DNA of 64,000 bases from Stylophora pistillata. Lineage: Eukaryota. The notes beneath the pieces were generated by a model. That model was not told the DNA's origin and made no database searches. It worked only from the letters and a program-made list of their open reading frames with translations. Of the stretch, positions 62,801 to 64,000 are shown piece after piece. The stretch is taken from positions 599,898 through 663,897 of the forward strand of contig NW_019217851.1 of NCBI RefSeq assembly GCF_002571385.2, read 5' to 3'. The position numbers were made by a program, and so were the translations under genes. The stretch's first letter is position 1; every line of letters starts with the position of its first letter.

Positions 62801-63926
62801 ATATCAAAGAGCTTTACAAATTATCCTTCTGTCCATAATAAGTGCATTGTTAACAAGAGTCTTCAAGGGTTCCCATTGCCACACTTAGTCCACAACATAC
62901 ATGTATCAACAGTAAATGAGTGCCCAGGGGATATTTTCAGTCTACTGTAGGAAAGCACTTACCTTTATCCACTTGAGAACAAAGTCTTGTCTTTGCCTCT
63001 TCAAAAGCCTCTTTGAGTTTAATAGCATCCTGGTGTTCCTGAACATCAGGCTTATAGAACTTGATGGCATTATCAAATAACAGTTGTATATCGGCACTAA
63101 AAGCATCAACATCCTCATATTCATCAGTTTTCAGACGTTGCTAATAAAGAACAAAAAATCAATTACACAGACTCAAAGGTTAACATTTCTTAATGTTCCT
63201 TCAAAGACTTCACAGTCACATCTAAAGCTCAGACAAGAATTTGAAGTTATCTTTAGAAACCTAAATTCTACATGTATTCTTGTATAGTCAATTTGCAAGA
63301 AAACAGTAAATGGTGAATTGAACCTACTTGCAATATTATCATAATGATTATAACCACTACTTTGACTAAACATGTTTTGGTCTTAGCTTATCCTGAAACT
63401 GACTTTTATAAAGTTGAGATTAATTTTTTTTAAAAGAATGGAATGAATGCTGTATGATTAAAAATGCTTTCATGACCTAGAAGTTGTAGGAGAAATTCTT
63501 TACCTGTATCTTTAACAAATCAATAGGAGTTGAAACAACTTCAAAGTACTCAGGACTGTTCCTAAAAAGGAACATCAGTGACAATAATAAATATTAATGA
63601 TAATAACAAATTACGTACAACATCACAAGCTGTAGCTGTGTGTTTGGGTGTATCTCTGATAAGAAATAACAATACCTATCATAACAAAATGTATTCCCAT
63701 AAAATTTGCACTCGAGATTGTAATAATCCATTAGTACTGGTACATTATCTTTCAACAGAATTATCACTTTTCATTATCATTAAACTAAATTAATTTATAA
63801 TTTGAATGAAAAAAAAAAATGAACAAACCTCCTCTTTGGTGATCGAATAAAGGATTCACAAAGAATTCTTCCACTATCATCTCTAAAACTCCTGATGACT
63901 TCGTATAATTCTACACAAATATCAGC
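32842..63926 (-). CDS. PBRM1: Polybromo-1 (BAF180), multi-exon; the 5' exon(s) lie beyond the window and some exons probably fall in gap 46517-47494
   Basis: BD1 exon 63926-63829 (ADICVELYEVIRSFRDDSGRILCESFIRSPKRR) and repeated YPDYY/LMFDNA..YNE bromodomain exons down to ~47690. BAH1 (VGDFVYL, WLYGSWFYRPEETFHTATRKFLEKEVFKSDYY, DVFVCESRY) at ~44630-42069. BAH2 (WFHGPWFITP..TRMFYEKEVFLSS) at ~41165-38904. HMG box at 37902-37780 and 37279-37202. Last exon 33132-32842 (FLAPPPKPQRLHHSDAYLRYIEGL...ALWNLRDHMLRDAL). Confidence 0.95.
33242..33525 (-). repeat. CAG/CAA-rich coding exon of PBRM1 (polyQ/P low-complexity region)
   Basis: Phase-1 acceptor at 33525 and donor at 33242; encodes ...QQQQQPQHYPQQIQQQQQQQQHQQQQQQPPPQQQQQQQQQQQVAPHG... 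Confidence 0.85.
33965..34772 (+). mobile_element. 5'-truncated L2/CR1-type LINE, antisense within a PBRM1 intron
   Basis: LLGVAIDDDLNFTKHINNVC...IFKAFILPQVTYCHIVWH...KLERLQERAMRAI; a frameshifted continuation (YNLRN...YGRHSLRYMGPYIWSKL); AATAAA plus a (CATT)n tail. Confidence 0.85.
35642..36530 (-). other. Two C2H2-type zinc fingers of PBRM1 (exons 36530-36400, 36046-35989, 35734-35642)
   Basis: YECLWKGCDYQYEDLHDMRIHLLDSTCH and FHCLWTTCTRARRGFRPFNASSKLFRHCWEVH, joined in frame through GT-AG introns. Confidence 0.8.
37511..37716. repeat. Perfect 102-bp tandem duplication (2 copies), intronic
   Basis: AAAGTGTAAACGTTCACTGATC...TATCAAGAAAAT starts at both 37511 and 37613. Confidence 0.9.
45230..46474. 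repeat. Tandem array of 14 essentially identical 89-bp units in a PBRM1 intron
   Basis: Unit CTGAGTAACACTCCACCAGTAGCAATTCTTCAAGTCACTCCACGCTTTAAATAGCAGAATAAGCTGACGTGCAGTCTGACGAGTCTGTG; the period is 89 (45231, 45320 ... 46388). There are no variable spacers. Confidence 0.95.
46517..47494. other. Assembly gap (N run) inside PBRM1
   Basis: Run of Ns. A further short gap lies at 49327-49340. Confidence 1.
50955..51476. mobile_element. Diverged MITE-like element with ~100-bp imperfect inverted ends
   Basis: CATTACATGCT..AGGCAAATGAGAGGAACAATTAAGAACAG (left) versus CTGTTCTTAATTGTTCTTTTCATTTGCCT..AGCATGTAATG (right). No TSD identified. Confidence 0.5.
51915..52548. mobile_element. Two inverted Penelope 3' ends, including the GIY-YIG endonuclease C-terminus and degenerate hammerhead motifs
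   Basis: The + strand at ~52285-52360 encodes ESRKTLEQRLIFQTGSLNPTGIN (PLE endonuclease end). 52320-52548 is the reverse complement of ~51970-52213. CCGACGAAGGGCTAATGCTCGAAATGTCAGC lies at ~52456. Confidence 0.75.
54011..54138. repeat. Short foldback element (~41-bp inverted arms)
   Basis: CTGGAAAGATTTCCATATAACCCCATACATTAATTATGCAT ... ATGCATAATTAATGTATGGGGTTCTATGGAAATCTTGCCAG. Confidence 0.75.
55780..55923. repeat. 72-bp tandem duplication (2 copies), intronic
   Basis: CATGCTGGAGAACACTAAAAG...CCTGGGTTA starts at both 55780 and 55852. Confidence 0.9.
61840..62110 (+). mobile_element. tRNA-head SINE, copy 2 (same family as 7060-7410)
   Basis: GAGCACTGGACTGTTGTGCGGGAGGT..GGTTCAAGACCC..GACCAACACTCAAGGTCT..TCTCGGATAAGGA..AAACCGTAGGTCCTGTCTCCTGCA..GACGTTAAAGAACCCA. 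Confidence 0.7.
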
Positions 63927-64000
63927 CTGTATCAAGCAGACAGCATTCAACATTAAGAATCCCTGCAGCCCTTAGAGTAAGGAGTAATTTAGCTTTCTGG

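Overview
AT-rich, intron-rich eukaryotic DNA with three assembly gaps. The gene content and repeat types suggest a cnidarian, probably a scleractinian coral (inference). Reading splice sites by hand gives these genes: the 5' end of CAPZA (- strand), head-to-head with a complete 4-exon TBC1D25 (+); an intronless, signal-less trypsin-fold serine protease with an intact H/D/S triad (+); a 6-exon, ~439-aa single-pass membrane protein with a signal peptide and a serglycin-like (Ser-Gly)9 tract, which I do not recognise (+); an orphan ADAMTS-type Cys-rich exon beside a gap; a complete 8-exon PEX26 with a GC-AG intron (-); and nearly all of PBRM1/polybromo (-; 6 bromodomains, 2 BAH, HMG box, 2 C2H2 fingers, polyQ). 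Repeats include tRNA-derived SINEs, CR1/L2-type LINE 3' fragments, MITEs with target-site duplications and a Penelope-like RT relic. There are also six dispersed loci carrying a minimal hammerhead-ribozyme motif, and a 14 x 89-bp perfect tandem array whose unit carries half of a hammerhead-like core. The best leads are the candidate membrane proteoglycan, the intracellular trypsin-like protease, the hammerhead-related repeats and the circularly permuted segment around the first gap. All gene models were built by eye and are not confirmed by transcripts.
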